NCBI GenBank assembly: GCA_043815245.1
Contig: JBDRJD010000008.1
Span: 163 to 64,162, forward strand
DNA: 64,000 nucleotides
Direction of reading: 5' to 3'
Source: an archaeon
GTDB taxonomy: Archaea; Nanobdellota; Nanobdellia; Pacearchaeales; GW2011-AR1
Shown here: positions 63,594-64,000 of the stretch, piece by piece
Layout: every line of letters begins with the position of its first letter
How positions within the stretch are numbered: position 1 is the stretch's first letter
Translations under genes and position numbers: made by a program
Notes under the pieces: generated by a model
Told to the model about the DNA's origin: nothing
Databases searched by the model: none
Seen by the model: only the letters and a program-made list of their open reading frames with translations

Positions 63594-64000
63594 CCCACTT
63601 TCCTCCCCGCCACCCCAAACTCAACCTCCTTATTCAACAGCTTACTCAAAGTGTCTCTTAAATCCTTAATCTTAACTCTAATCTGCTTTTCGCTATCTCT
63701 ATCTCTAATAGTAACATCTTTCTTTTCAATAGAATCATAATCAACTGTAACTGCATACGGAGTTCCTGCAGTTGCACTTCTCAAATATCTCCTACCATAC
63801 TTCCAGTTAAGTCATAGTCAATAACAAAGTATTTCTCAAGCTCACCTTTCACTTCCTTGGCAACTTTCAAAAGTTCTGGCTTTTTCATTAGCGGAAAGAT
63901 AGAAACATCAACAGGAGCCATATGATAAGGCACCTTAAACATAGTTTTTCCTTCTCCTTCTTCTTTTTTATCATAAAAAATATCAATCAGGGCATAAGTG
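63590..64000 (-). CDS. glyS: Glycyl-tRNA synthetase, C-terminal part (5' end outside the window), with an apparent 1-nt frameshift near 63796-63798
   Basis: Upstream frame: YALIDIFY..MAPVDVSIFPLMKK..YFVIDYDLTGS then MVGDI-stop. The other frame continues GRRYLRSATAGTPYAVTVDYDS..VTIRDRDSEKQIRVKI, the GlyRS anticodon-binding domain. Confidence 0.75.

Noticed and set aside
1-64000. CRISPR arrays, rRNA genes, transposases/integrases, reverse transcriptases and classic defence genes
   Set aside because: I scanned both strands for regularly spaced 25-40-nt repeats and for the corresponding protein motifs in the ORF set and found none.

Overview
This is a low-GC archaeal window. TFE, Alba, ribosomal protein eS17, EndA, GatD, deoxyhypusine synthase, an NreA-like protein and TrmB sit beside bacterial-type LeuRS and AlaRS. 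Genes are compact and many stop/start junctions overlap. A TTTAAA box lies about 26 nt upstream of many ATGs, which suggests leaderless transcripts. The overall look is a small-genome (DPANN-like) archaeon, but that taxon call is inference only. I support about 70 CDS and 3 tRNAs (Arg-UCG, Met/Ile2-CAU, Ala-GGC), and I found no rRNA and no CRISPR array. Housekeeping content includes a pyrimidine cluster (pyrD-pyrK fusion, pyrC, pyrE, pyrF, with pyrB apart), proS, alaS, leuS, a partial glyS, gatD plus a GatB-type subunit, and an energy block (2-oxoacid:ferredoxin oxidoreductase, AMP-forming Acs, membrane pyrophosphatase). Accessory content includes a secretome island (1-12.6 kb) with a 1819-aa PD40 + YD/RHS-repeat surface protein and two zinc metalloproteases, and a PRTase + LOG-like two-gene cassette bracketed by a 16-nt direct repeat. 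It also includes three paralogous small Cys-rich secreted proteins with a conserved pilin-like leader, and a tightly coupled four-gene operon (LMW-phosphatase-like, His-rich miniprotein, AsnB-like PP-loop enzyme, unknown). The strongest finding is at 59.1-61.6 kb. A P-loop NTPase gene there is fractured by a split intein, and the two halves are separated by an antisense free-standing Vsr-like endonuclease gene carrying eight zinc-ribbon repeats. All homology statements are motif-level reads by eye; no searches were run.
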